Positions 26,126 through 36,268 of a stretch of 64,000 bases of DNA are shown here, piece by piece. Source of the DNA: Alphaproteobacteria bacterium (lineage in GTDB: Bacteria > Pseudomonadota > Alphaproteobacteria > CAAHEQ01 > UBA3637); the NCBI GenBank assembly GCA_045655105.1, contig JAZOOQ010000056.1:75389-139388 (forward strand), written 5' to 3'. Position numbers and translations under genes: made by a program. Numbering within the stretch: the stretch's first letter is position 1; each line of letters starts with the position of its first letter. The notes beneath the pieces are model-generated. The model made no database searches. It saw nothing but the letters and a program-made list of their open reading frames with translations, and had not been told where the DNA came from.

Positions 26126-29100
26126 GTGAAGAGATTTAAATTCTCATTTTCTGTTTTTGCTTTTTTTGCCGTTATTTATTCGGTGAATGCATTTGCAGCT
26201 TCTGAAGCTGATATGCAGTTAAAACCTTTTCAAATTGAATTAACGCCCTCAAATTCTTCTTATTCTTCGTCAGCAGATATTGATGCTGGAGATAACTATG
26301 GTATATTGATTAATCAATTAAATTCTTCTTTTGATACAACCATTAATAATGCTGGACAAATACTTTCAAGTGAAAATGGATATGGAATTTATGGGGCAGC
26401 TTATCCAACACGAGGTGGAAGTGTTTTAATTGAAAATACGGGTACAATTCAAAATATCCAACTTCAAGAATTTACCAAAACAACGATTTTAAATGAAAAG
26501 AAACCAATAACTGAAGGTGGAACAACCAGTGTAACAAACGTAAAGCCTTTGCTAACAGGTAATATTTTATTGGGAACAAATGCTGAAATCGGCAATAGAG
26601 ATGCAGATATTAGAGCTGATTTAATTTCGCTAGACTATGGTGGTATTATCAAAAATGGTATTGAAGATGTTTATGGTATTGTTGAGGGTGAAGTTAAATT
26701 AACAGATGTTGTTTTTTCTGATGCGCGGTTAGAAGGGAATATACTCCAGTTTGGTGCCTCTGGTAAACTTTATAATGGTCATATAACGGATATGTATACC
26801 GTAAAGTTTGGCGATGATGGGACCATTTTTAACGTTGGTGATAATTATATCTGGAAAGAAGATGCTGATGGAGATGGCGCGGTAGATTCTGAAAATAAAG
26901 CTGGAAAATGGATGGAAACATTTTCAAAGTTTTATGCAGATGATGTGTTGATGGGTGCAAATGGAAAAATTTTAAATGAAATGGGAACAACATTTGATGT
27001 TGGAACAATTCAGATGGGTAATAATGCAACCATTACAAATGGCGCTGATTATGCGTTTAAATATGCAAGTGTTTTTACCGTACAAACAGGTGAAGTGGTC
27101 ACAACAACTGTAACAGATGAAAATGGGAATACATCAACAACTGTTGAAAGCAATCTTTCAGATGAAGAAGTGGAAATGATGGAAGTTCCTCATGCTTCTT
27201 CTTTTCATGCAGATCGGATTATTGTTGGTGATAATTCAACCATTGAAAATAGAAAAGATAGTGTGATGACGGGTCATGATATCACTTTTGGTGAGAATGG
27301 CACGTTTAATATTCAAAGTGGAAAAGTTACCCTTTCATCTTCTGAAACAAGCGATTCGGATAAAGCGTTTTTAAAAGAAGAGTCTTCTTTAAATTTTGGT
27401 AAGGGATCTTCTTTATTTGTTGGTGCAGAATTGCAAGAAGCTGTATTAGAACCACAAGTTTCTGATTTAACAGATATAGTGGGTAATGTAACAACTCAAA
27501 CATGGGCAATTGTTCCTGAAGAAATTTTAAGTCCAAGAGTTTATCGTGGGGAACTATTTGTTGATAATGTAAATATGGGAGAAAATTCTTCTCTTAAACT
27601 TTTAGGTGGCAGAATTGAAGGCGAAACCATCAATATGAAAGATGGTGCTAGTATTTATATGGATCAACAAACATATCAAGTTGGTGATTATCCGCTCACA
27701 TATTTAGCTGAATTGGATATAAATAAGGGTATTTATTTAGGTAATTCATCTTCAATCACCGTTGTTAATGGAACGATTAATACGCCTATTGTTAAATTTT
27801 TAGATGATGGTAAATTTACAACCTCTTCAAGTTTCACTGTGAACCAGTTAGATATGGGGAAAAGAGCTGAAGTAACCGTTGCCGGTGTGTTGAAATCAAA
27901 TGTAACTTTAGGTTCTGATTCAAAAGTATTAATTACCAATCCGGTTTTGTTAGATGAATTGGCAACAGGTATTCCGCCATACACATATGAAGGAGGCGGT
28001 ATTCAAGGCTCTCTTAAAAAAGCGAATGGGGCTGAAAATGTTCATGTAACGGTTCGATCAAGCGACAATCGTTTTTATACCCTTTTAAAAGGAGAGATTG
28101 ATGTTGATTCAATTTTATTGGATCAAGGTCTTTTGGAACTTGAAGGCAGTATTAAAGGGGATATTTCTTTAAATACGGATACGATTTTGCGCTTAACAGG
28201 CCGTGATCTTCATATTTATGATCCGGTTACAAGAATTGCAGGTTCAACGAATACAACAGTTGAAGTCGCTGTTCCAGATCAAGAATTTTATAACACAAGC
28301 AATTGGATTAGTGCAGAAAATTTGCTGTTGTCAAATGGTGGTATTTCAATTAATAATGCGGTTAATTTTGATCACGTTGTGATGGGGGATAACACCACAA
28401 TTCGTTTAACAGGGGATTATAAAATTGGTGACATTAAAGAGCAAAATGGTTCAGCAGTGAATACAACGCTTGAAATTGCAGCTGGAAAAGGTAAGAGCAT
28501 TAATTCAAGTGGCTCCATGCATATGGATCGGATTTTGATTTCAAGTGGTAATTTTAATGTTTTTCATGATATTCATTCGTTAACTTCATCAGGGCCTGTA
28601 TCAATCCCAGCTTCACCAATTGATGGTATTGAGCTTGCAACTGATACTTCTTTAACAACATTTGCGAATGTTTCTGTGAATCAAATTTTAAGAGATCAAG
28701 AATTAATCAAAAAAGGTGAAGATGTTTCAAATACAACCGTAACAGTTAATGCTGATCATTTCCAAGTTCTTAGAAATGTTGATATTGATAATTTAAATAT
28801 GAACGGTGGCGTTTTTGAATTTATGAATAAAGATGGAACGAATGCCGTTAATGTTACAAATGATATTGAATTAAAACCTTATTCTGCTTTGGCTGGAAGC
28901 GGTATTTTAAATATTAAATCAGGGCATTTGGCTTTGCGAGAAAATGCGCGTTTAGCTGTTTCAATGCAAGATATTGAAACAAAGCCGATTTCTGAGTTAA
29001 AAGTTATCTCATCTGATACAATAATAACAGATTCAACATTGCCATATCAAACCAAAGCATTAACTGTTGAAACAGATTCGACAGGGTATATTGATGTGCG

Positions 29101-30550
29101 CGCAAGTGGGGCTCAAAATGATAAAATTACTGTTGAAGGAACTGTTAATTTAGCTGATGGAACAAGAGTTTTGGTGCGTGATATTCAAACAAACCAAGAA
29201 TATGAAATTTTATCTGCTACACAATTGAATGGAAATAGCGATAAATTACGCACAACATTCTTGTGGAGTGGTGTTGATAAGAAGATTGAAAATAATGCAT
29301 TATCAATATCTGTTAAAGGTGTTAAAACTTTAAAAGAAGGTATTCAAATTGCGGATCATTCTAAAAATGTTGATGAACTTGCAGATACATTGACAAAAAT
29401 TCGTCAAAGTGAGGGCGCTTATAGTATTGATCCTTTCTTGGATACAGTTTTCTTTGCAGAATCTGCTGATGAAGCTGTTCGTGTTTTAGATGAATATTCT
29501 CCAGAAGGATATTTAAACACAATGCAAGCTTCTATGCGTATGCAAAAAGTTTTCAAAGAAAGTGTGTTGGGCGAAATGAATGCTATGCGCAATTATCGCA
29601 TTAAAAATCAAACAACGCGTTATTATGTGAAAAACCCATATTATTATGGTCGCCCAGGACATGAAAGATATTATTATGGATTCCAAACAGGGCGCAGAAA
29701 CCCTTATATGGATCGTAGATCAGACCGAGGCGGAATTTGGGCAAAACCATTTATGCTTTCATTAACTCAAGATGATAAAGATAATCAAAGTGGGTATGAT
29801 TTAAATGCCTATGGGTTTACAGCTGGTATCGATCGTAAAGTTGGTGTGTTCACCATGGGGCTTGCTGCTTTATATGCCACAGGCGATATGGAACAAAACA
29901 ACAAAAATATGAAGTCTGATTTAACAACATATGGTTTAGGCGTTTACGGAAGTATAAACCCACACTATTCTCGCACGTTTATGGATTTTTATGCCTTGTG
30001 GAGTCAAACAAGTGTTGATTCAAAACGATCCATTAATTCTCTGTCAGAATCTTCAAAAGCTGATTTTGATATGACAGCATTTACATTAGGTGCTGATGTT
30101 GGATATGAGATTTTGGTTGCTCCTAACTTTATTGTAACTCCAAAAATTGGGTTAGATTATACCTCAATTGAAATGGATAATGTTGCTGAAAAAGGAACAG
30201 GTAGAGCAAGAGTCTTATTAAAGGGAACAGATTTAACAAGCATTCAAATGCCTGTTGAAATTAAAGCTGCCTTTGATTTTGGTAGTCATAATTATCGTTT
30301 CCGCCCAGAGTTCCATGCTAGATGGACGCATGAATTTGGTGACACAGCAGCTAAATCAACAGCCAATTTTGTTAGATATGCCGCGCCATTTGCTGTTGAA
30401 GGGTTGAACGTTGATAAAGATGTGTTCACTGTTGGGGGATCTTTGTTATGGCTTTATGGTTTAAGTGAATTTGAACTTAAATACGACTATGATTTCTCTT
30501 CAACTTCAACGGGTCATAGCATCAATATGGGCTATAAATATCTCTTCTAG
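26126..30550 (+). CDS. large autotransporter (type Va) with a beta-helix-like repetitive passenger
   Basis: Signal peptide (V)KRFKFSFSVFAFFAVIYSVNAFA, a Cys-free passenger of about 1150 aa rich in N/G/T/I repeats, and a C-terminal beta-barrel domain (GGIWAKPFM ... GFTAGIDRKV ...) ending in GYKYLF. Start GTG 26126 vs 26114 is uncertain. Confidence 0.85.
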   Translation: MKRFKFSFSVFAFFAVIYSVNAFAASEADMQLKPFQIELTPSNSSYSSSADIDAGDNYGILINQLNSSFDTTINNAGQILSSENGYGIYGAAYPTRGGSVLIENTGTIQNIQLQEFTKTTILNEKKPITEGGTTSVTNVKPLLTGNILLGTNAEIGNRDADIRADLISLDYGGIIKNGIEDVYGIVEGEVKLTDVVFSDARLEGNILQFGASGKLYNGHITDMYTVKFGDDGTIFNVGDNYIWKEDADGDGAVDSENKAGKWMETFSKFYADDVLMGANGKILNEMGTTFDVGTIQMGNNATITNGADYAFKYASVFTVQTGEVVTTTVTDENGNTSTTVESNLSDEEVEMMEVPHASSFHADRIIVGDNSTIENRKDSVMTGHDITFGENGTFNIQSGKVTLSSSETSDSDKAFLKEESSLNFGKGSSLFVGAELQEAVLEPQVSDLTDIVGNVTTQTWAIVPEEILSPRVYRGELFVDNVNMGENSSLKLLGGRIEGETINMKDGASIYMDQQTYQVGDYPLTYLAELDINKGIYLGNSSSITVVNGTINTPIVKFLDDGKFTTSSSFTVNQLDMGKRAEVTVAGVLKSNVTLGSDSKVLITNPVLLDELATGIPPYTYEGGGIQGSLKKANGAENVHVTVRSSDNRFYTLLKGEIDVDSILLDQGLLELEGSIKGDISLNTDTILRLTGRDLHIYDPVTRIAGSTNTTVEVAVPDQEFYNTSNWISAENLLLSNGGISINNAVNFDHVVMGDNTTIRLTGDYKIGDIKEQNGSAVNTTLEIAAGKGKSINSSGSMHMDRILISSGNFNVFHDIHSLTSSGPVSIPASPIDGIELATDTSLTTFANVSVNQILRDQELIKKGEDVSNTTVTVNADHFQVLRNVDIDNLNMNGGVFEFMNKDGTNAVNVTNDIELKPYSALAGSGILNIKSGHLALRENARLAVSMQDIETKPISELKVISSDTIITDSTLPYQTKALTVETDSTGYIDVRASGAQNDKITVEGTVNLADGTRVLVRDIQTNQEYEILSATQLNGNSDKLRTTFLWSGVDKKIENNALSISVKGVKTLKEGIQIADHSKNVDELADTLTKIRQSEGAYSIDPFLDTVFFAESADEAVRVLDEYSPEGYLNTMQASMRMQKVFKESVLGEMNAMRNYRIKNQTTRYYVKNPYYYGRPGHERYYYGFQTGRRNPYMDRRSDRGGIWAKPFMLSLTQDDKDNQSGYDLNAYGFTAGIDRKVGVFTMGLAALYATGDMEQNNKNMKSDLTTYGLGVYGSINPHYSRTFMDFYALWSQTSVDSKRSINSLSESSKADFDMTAFTLGADVGYEILVAPNFIVTPKIGLDYTSIEMDNVAEKGTGRARVLLKGTDLTSIQMPVEIKAAFDFGSHNYRFRPEFHARWTHEFGDTAAKSTANFVRYAAPFAVEGLNVDKDVFTVGGSLLWLYGLSEFELKYDYDFSSTSTGHSINMGYKYLF

Positions 30551-30660
30551 AGATGTGAGGTTATAAAGTTTATTTTTTTAAGGTTTTAGCTTGCTTTTAT
30601 TTTATAAACATTTTAGATTAAATGTATTGATTCATTATATCTAAAATAAGGAGAAAATAG

Positions 30661-31581
30661 ATGTATGAGAATATAGAATTTATTGTTGCTTGTGCTGGGA
30701 AAAGCACGCGCAATTTTCCCCATTCAAAAGGAATTGCACATAAATGTTTGATGCCGTTTGGGGATATCAGATTGATTGACTGTGTGCTTCAAGATGTTGT
30801 TCGCATGGGTGGGCGGCATATCACATTGGTTGTGTCGGATCAAGTGACAATTGATGCATTTAAAGAAGCTTTAAAAACTGATTTAAAAACTGAAAGTAAA
30901 TTACGTAAAGGGGGAAGGGAAAGGATTGCTGATGTGTTAAGAGCAACCTTTTTACCGGAAGATATTGATTTAAAATATGTGATACAGGAAACGCCAATCG
31001 GAACGGCGCAAGTTTTGGGATTGGCGCATCGTTTATCGCCTGACAGACACGCGGTTTTGATTTTTCCGGATGATTTAATTGATTCAACAAAGGCTGAAAT
31101 TCCTTTTGTTAAAAAGATTACGGATTCATTCTTGCAAAACACAAAACAAATTTTATTAACAGGGATTGTTAAAGAAGATGTAAGCAATAACTCGATTTTG
31201 GTTAACAATCGTTTGATTGAAAAACCAAAAAATCCAACAAGCAATATTGCCGGTTATTCCCCGTATGCTTTTCCTAAAGAATGTTTGGATTCAATTGAAA
31301 GGCAAACGACTGAAATTGAAAAAACAGGAAAAATGCCAGAAGGATTAGCACTTGGTGAATGGGTTTATACTGATGGGATTAATGCCTTTTTGGATAATGG
31401 TGGTGAAGAAGCCGGATTTTTTGCTAAAATGGAAATTTTAGATCCTGAAAAATATGAAATGATGGATACGGGTTCTTTGCCTCTTTATGAAAAGGCGTTG
31501 ATAAGAGAATTATTAACACGTTCTTTCTTTGCAAAGGAAAATAAAGAATATGTTCGTAAGCTTTTAAGAGATATGGAATAA
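30661..31581 (+). CDS. sugar-phosphate nucleotidyltransferase (GalU/NTP-transferase-like)
   Basis: 306 aa. The N-terminal IVACAGKSTRNFPHSKGIAHKCLMP resembles the G-x-G-T-R ... K-x-x-x-P nucleotide-binding loop of NTP transferases. Substrate not assignable. Confidence 0.65.
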   Translation: MYENIEFIVACAGKSTRNFPHSKGIAHKCLMPFGDIRLIDCVLQDVVRMGGRHITLVVSDQVTIDAFKEALKTDLKTESKLRKGGRERIADVLRATFLPEDIDLKYVIQETPIGTAQVLGLAHRLSPDRHAVLIFPDDLIDSTKAEIPFVKKITDSFLQNTKQILLTGIVKEDVSNNSILVNNRLIEKPKNPTSNIAGYSPYAFPKECLDSIERQTTEIEKTGKMPEGLALGEWVYTDGINAFLDNGGEEAGFFAKMEILDPEKYEMMDTGSLPLYEKALIRELLTRSFFAKENKEYVRKLLRDME

Positions 31582-31596
31582 TTTTAAAGTAAAAAT

Positions 31597-31629
31597 AAAA
31601 AACCACCGAATAAAATCGGTGGTTTTTTT
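31597..31629. terminator. bidirectional rho-independent terminator
   Basis: ccaccga (31603-31609) pairs with tcggtgg (31616-31622), with an A-run before and a T-run after. Lies between convergent genes. Confidence 0.65.
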
Positions 31630-31644
31630 ATATGAAACTATAAT

Positions 31645-32136
31645 CTATTCTCTAAACATAAAGACTAAAGTGGATTCTTCTGAGCACTCCGTATCTTGTG
31701 TTGGAGAGGCTAAATCAACATAGTGAAATGTTTTCCTTGTTAAGCTAGCATCATAAAGTTGTTGACAAGCAACAAGAGGAACTTTTTGATAGGTGATAGA
31801 GAAGGAGTTTCCCGCATCTTCTGATTGAATGGTAATAGAGCCTCCCCATCTGTTTTCCAAGGAATATGTTGTGCCTGTTAATACGCAATCATCAAGAGCT
31901 TTTTCTTGGCACATTTCTTGCAAATTAATGCCAGAATAATTGCTATCCCAAGAATAAGTATCCGCAACGTCAGCGGCAATATTATCAACTTCTAAAATAG
32001 TTGAGTTGACTCTAAAATAGGAGTCAACATAGCCCATTGAGGTAATCCCACCAATACTGATTAACCCAATAATGGCGATAACGCCCAACATTTCAACCAT
32101 ACTACGACCAGATTGTTCTTTTTTACTTGTCTTCAT
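31645..32136 (-). CDS. type IV pilin/pseudopilin-like protein (prepilin motif G|RSMVEM)
   Basis: MKTSKKEQSG|RSMVEMLGVIAIIGLISIGG: short basic leader, Gly at -1, Glu at +5, about 20-aa hydrophobic helix. Four Cys in the C-terminal half. ATG 32136. Confidence 0.75.
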   Translation of the reverse strand: MKTSKKEQSGRSMVEMLGVIAIIGLISIGGITSMGYVDSYFRVNSTILEVDNIAADVADTYSWDSNYSGINLQEMCQEKALDDCVLTGTTYSLENRWGGSITIQSEDAGNSFSITYQKVPLVACQQLYDASLTRKTFHYVDLASPTQDTECSEESTLVFMFRE

Positions 32137-32269
32137 AATTGCCCCCACATAAGATGCTTTTCCTCTTTTTATTATATCAGAAAATGAAAAAAACTACAAG
32201 GAATTATTAAAAAATAATATTTTTTGAACAGAACTTGCAAAATTTTAAAAAAAATGCTTTTATAAAAAG

Positions 32270-33415
32270 ATGATTACAACAACTGAAGAATTAAAAGAAG
32301 TATGTCAGCGCTTTGCGACACATTCTTTTGTTACAATTGATACAGAATTTTTAAGAGAATATACTTTTTACTCTAAATTATGCGTGATTCAAGCTGCAAG
32401 TCCAGATGAAGCGGTTTTGATTGATCCTCTTTCAAAAGAATTGGATTTAACACCTTTTTTTGAGTTATTAGAAAATAAAAATGTTGTAAAAGTATTTCAT
32501 TCTGGCCGTCAGGATATTGAAATTTTTTATAATATGACTAAAAAAATTCCTTATCCTATTTTTGATACCCAGATTGCAGCTATGGTTTTAGGATATGGAG
32601 ATAGCGTTGGATATCAGCAGTTGGTTTCAGATTTATTGCATATTGAAATTGATAAAGGAATGCGTGTAACGGATTGGTCAAAGCGCCCGTTATCTGATGC
32701 TCAATTAGAATATGCTTTAAGTGATGTGACTTATTTAAGAGATGTTTATTTATTGGTAAATGAAAAGGTGATGCATCAAAACCGTTCGTCTTGGATTGAA
32801 GAAGAAATGAATCAGTTATATGATGAAAATCTTTATGAACCATCTCATGAAAAAATTGCTTCGAAATTAAAATATAATTTTAAGTCAAAACAACCAAAAT
32901 ATATTTATCAAGATCTTTATTTATGGCGTGAAGAGCAAGCTAAAAAATTAAATATGCCTCGACGCCAAATATTAAAAGATGAAGTGATGCAAGATATTGC
33001 TAGAGCGCACCCAAAATCGTTGGAAGAATTATCAGCATTGAGAAGTATTATCCCTTCTTTTTTGAAGAAACAAAGAGCGCAAGAAGTTGTTGATGTTGTA
33101 AATGCCGCTCTTTTAAAAAAGCCTGAAGATTTTTACCCTTTTCCAGAAGAAAAAAAACATATTATTGGTAATAAAAATTTGATGTCAATATTGCATTTAT
33201 TATTGGATATGGTGTCTGGAAAAGAAAAAATTGCATCAAAATTAATTGGAACCCAAGAAGATTTATATCAATTTGCCTATGGTTTATCAAAACCAGCATT
33301 TATGTTTGGTTGGCGATATGAAATTTTTGGCAAATATGCTGAACAAATTAAAGAAGGAAAAGTTGGTTTGTTTTATAATCCGAAAAGCAAAATTGTTGAA
33401 TTTAAAGAATTTTAA
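32270..33415 (+). CDS. rnd: ribonuclease D
   Basis: 381 aa. DEDDy exonuclease motifs VTIDTEF, HSGRQDIE, YALSDVTYL, followed by an HRDC-like region. Confidence 0.85.
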   Translation: MITTTEELKEVCQRFATHSFVTIDTEFLREYTFYSKLCVIQAASPDEAVLIDPLSKELDLTPFFELLENKNVVKVFHSGRQDIEIFYNMTKKIPYPIFDTQIAAMVLGYGDSVGYQQLVSDLLHIEIDKGMRVTDWSKRPLSDAQLEYALSDVTYLRDVYLLVNEKVMHQNRSSWIEEEMNQLYDENLYEPSHEKIASKLKYNFKSKQPKYIYQDLYLWREEQAKKLNMPRRQILKDEVMQDIARAHPKSLEELSALRSIIPSFLKKQRAQEVVDVVNAALLKKPEDFYPFPEEKKHIIGNKNLMSILHLLLDMVSGKEKIASKLIGTQEDLYQFAYGLSKPAFMFGWRYEIFGKYAEQIKEGKVGLFYNPKSKIVEFKEF

Positions 33416-33483
33416 AAATTTGTTGACAAAAAATTGATTTTTTGTTATTATACTCCTCATATCATCTTTATGAGGAGTTTTTT

Positions 33484-34755
33484 ATGAATAAAAAAATGAT
33501 TGGTCGACTAATTGCCAAAGGAGATAAAAAAGAGCTTGAAAAGGCAATTGGAGAGACGTTGCCAGAAGTTTTAAATGAATATGGTGAAACGCCTTTAATG
33601 TGGGCTATTCGTTTTGGATATACAACGGATGGGGATGATATTTTTAAAATGATTTTGAATATGCCGCAAGATTTAAATAAAAAAGATTCAATTGGTTTTT
33701 CGGCACTTTCATATGCTCTTTCATTGCGTAGACCTGCTTTTGCGGAAGCATTAGTTGAAAAGGGGGCTGATATTAATGTTCCTTGCAAAATTGCCATTGC
33801 ACCACATCCAAGAGCATATGCTGCTCATAAAGCTGCTTTTTTGAGTCATGCAATTAAGCCTTATCCTGTTGAGCAAGAACAAATTTTGCATCCAATCAGT
33901 TTGGCAATTTATAAATCTTATGATGATTTGGTTTATAAAATGATAGATGGGGGCGGTAATTTAGACTCAGTTGGTGGATTGGATATTACTCCATTATCAA
34001 TTTCTATTCGCACAGGTAAATTAGATATTTTGCAATATCTTCTTGAAAGAGGGGCAAATCCAAATGTGTTGCCAAAAAATTGGTCTAATTATGGGGTTAA
34101 ACCAGAAAGTATTTGTCCTGTTGCAATTAAAAAGGCATTAAAATATGGCTGTGGAGCTTCCATAAGCTTATTATTAAAAGCGGGTTCTCGTTTGCCAAAG
34201 CTTTTTTTAAGACGCGATAATTTTTATTCAACACCACTTACATATCTTTTTTCTCAACCAAAAGAACAATTAGCTGAGCCGTATTATTGTTTGCGTCAAT
34301 TGCAAAAAAGATTTGATATTTCTGTATGTGACTCTGATAGTAGATCTCCTCTTTCTTATGCCATTGAAAATAATTTTGATGATTATTTGATTTCTTCATT
34401 GCTACATGAAAAAGTTAATAATTTAAAAGATAAATTTGCATGCACACCAATGATATATGCTTGGTTAAATAAAGATACATCTGTTATGAAAATTCTATAT
34501 AATGCGGGTGTACCAATGGCTTCAAGTGTTTATGAACCAACAGGGCAAACGCTTTTGATGATGTCTGTTGAGAAAAAAGATTATCAGATGGTAGACTTTT
34601 TAATGAAGCATTCACCTTTGCTTTTAACGAAAGATGGTATGGGACGTAGCATAATATCATATATTGATGAAACAATGCCATTTTTTAAAGAAATATCTAA
34701 AGAATATCAAGCTCAACAAGAAAAAATGCAACAATATTTGCAACGAAACAAATAA
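33484..34755 (+). CDS. ankyrin-repeat protein
   Basis: Repeated G-x-TPLM/L-x-A ... G-A-D/N-x-N units (GETPLMWAIRFG, GFSALSYALS ... KGADINV, DITPLSISIRTGKLDILQYLLERGANPNV, SRSPLSYAIE, GQTLLMMSVEKKDYQMVDFLMKH). ATG 33484 with aggag RBS. Confidence 0.8.
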   Translation: MNKKMIGRLIAKGDKKELEKAIGETLPEVLNEYGETPLMWAIRFGYTTDGDDIFKMILNMPQDLNKKDSIGFSALSYALSLRRPAFAEALVEKGADINVPCKIAIAPHPRAYAAHKAAFLSHAIKPYPVEQEQILHPISLAIYKSYDDLVYKMIDGGGNLDSVGGLDITPLSISIRTGKLDILQYLLERGANPNVLPKNWSNYGVKPESICPVAIKKALKYGCGASISLLLKAGSRLPKLFLRRDNFYSTPLTYLFSQPKEQLAEPYYCLRQLQKRFDISVCDSDSRSPLSYAIENNFDDYLISSLLHEKVNNLKDKFACTPMIYAWLNKDTSVMKILYNAGVPMASSVYEPTGQTLLMMSVEKKDYQMVDFLMKHSPLLLTKDGMGRSIISYIDETMPFFKEISKEYQAQQEKMQQYLQRNK

Positions 34756-34759
34756 ATTT

Positions 34760-36268
34760 TTATGCGTTTTTCTTTAATGGATTTTTATAAAATAACGCTT
34801 CTTTTACATGCATTGATTTAACGATCTCTGATTGAGCCAAATCAGCGATAGTTCTTGCAACGCGAATGGTGCGATGATAGCCTCTGGCTGAAAGATGAAG
34901 TTTTTCGGCAGCTACTTGTAAAAAGCGAATAGCATCTTCTTCTAAATGTGCATGTTTTTCTAAAAACATACCATCAGCTTCGGCATTTCTTAAAATATTT
35001 GTTCCCTTATATCTTTCTTTTGCAAATTCCAGCGCATTTTTAACTCTGGTTGCAACTGTTTGAGATGATTCCCCAGTAGATGTTGTTAAATCCCATGGGT
35101 TAACGGCTGGAACTTCAATTTGTAAATCAATGCGATCTAATAACGGACCAGATATTTTTGAAAGGTATTCTAAACCGCATTTAGGTGCTTTAGCGCATTC
35201 GTTCCCTAAAACCCCTAAGTAGCCACATTTGCAAGGATTCATGGCTGTGATTAATTGAAATCTTGCTGGGTAAGAAAGGTGTGCATTAGCTCTTGCAACG
35301 GTGATTAAGCCTGTTTCCATTGGTTGACGCAAGGATTCTAAAACGCTTCTATTAAATTCTGGTAATTCATCTAAAAACAAAACACCTCTATGCGCTAAAG
35401 ATATTTCTCCAGGGCGAGCTTTTGATCCACCGCCTGTTAAGGATGCCATTGTGGCGGAATGGTGTGGTGCTCTGAAAGGGCGTTTGGTAACAAAATTTCC
35501 TTCCTTTATTAATCCTGCAACAGAATAAATTTGGCTAACTTCTAACATTTCTTCTTTGCTTAATTCGGGTAATAAGGAAGAAAGACGGGCTGCAAGCATG
35601 GATTTTCCGGTTCCTGGAGGGCCAATCATTAACATATTGTGCCCACCGGCGGCTGCAATTTCAAGAGCGCGTTTGGCAGATTCTTGACCTTTAATTTCAA
35701 CAAGATCAAGAAGTGGTGTATTGTCTTTAAAATCAAGAGGTTTTGGTTTGGGTAAAATAATTTCTCCTTTTAAATGGTTTAAAAGAGAAAGCAAATCAGG
35801 GGCTGCAACAATATTAGGTGTTTCAGCCCATAAAGCTTCAGCGCCTTGAGTTTCAGGACAAATAAATCCCAAATTTTCTTTTTTAGCTTCAATGGCTGCA
35901 GGTAAAATCCCTGAAACAGAGCGGATGCTTCCATCTAAACCTAATTCGCCCATCATAATAAAATCTTTTATTTTTGAATGGGGAATAACTTGCATTGCTG
36001 CTAAAAGTGCCATAGCAATAGGAAGATCATAATGCGTGCCTTCTTTAAAAACATCAGCAGGTGCAAGATTAACGGTAATCCGTTGAGGGGGAAGGTGAAG
36101 ATTTAAGGTGTGTAGTGCGGCGCGAACGCGTTCTCTGCTTTCAGTAATCGCCTTATCACCAAGCCCCACAATTGAAAAACTTGGAAGTCCACTTGTAATT
36201 TGAACTTCAATTTTAATTTTTAAAACATGAATACCTAAAAAGGCAACAGTATTTGTTGATGAGATCAT
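34760..36268 (-). CDS. comM: YifB/ComM-family Mg-chelatase-like AAA+ ATPase
   Basis: 502 aa. N-terminal Lon-protease-like domain, Walker A GPPGTGKSMLA, Walker B VLFLDELPEF, C-terminal ChlI-like region. Confidence 0.9.
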   Translation of the reverse strand: MISSTNTVAFLGIHVLKIKIEVQITSGLPSFSIVGLGDKAITESRERVRAALHTLNLHLPPQRITVNLAPADVFKEGTHYDLPIAMALLAAMQVIPHSKIKDFIMMGELGLDGSIRSVSGILPAAIEAKKENLGFICPETQGAEALWAETPNIVAAPDLLSLLNHLKGEIILPKPKPLDFKDNTPLLDLVEIKGQESAKRALEIAAAGGHNMLMIGPPGTGKSMLAARLSSLLPELSKEEMLEVSQIYSVAGLIKEGNFVTKRPFRAPHHSATMASLTGGGSKARPGEISLAHRGVLFLDELPEFNRSVLESLRQPMETGLITVARANAHLSYPARFQLITAMNPCKCGYLGVLGNECAKAPKCGLEYLSKISGPLLDRIDLQIEVPAVNPWDLTTSTGESSQTVATRVKNALEFAKERYKGTNILRNAEADGMFLEKHAHLEEDAIRFLQVAAEKLHLSARGYHRTIRVARTIADLAQSEIVKSMHVKEALFYKNPLKKNA

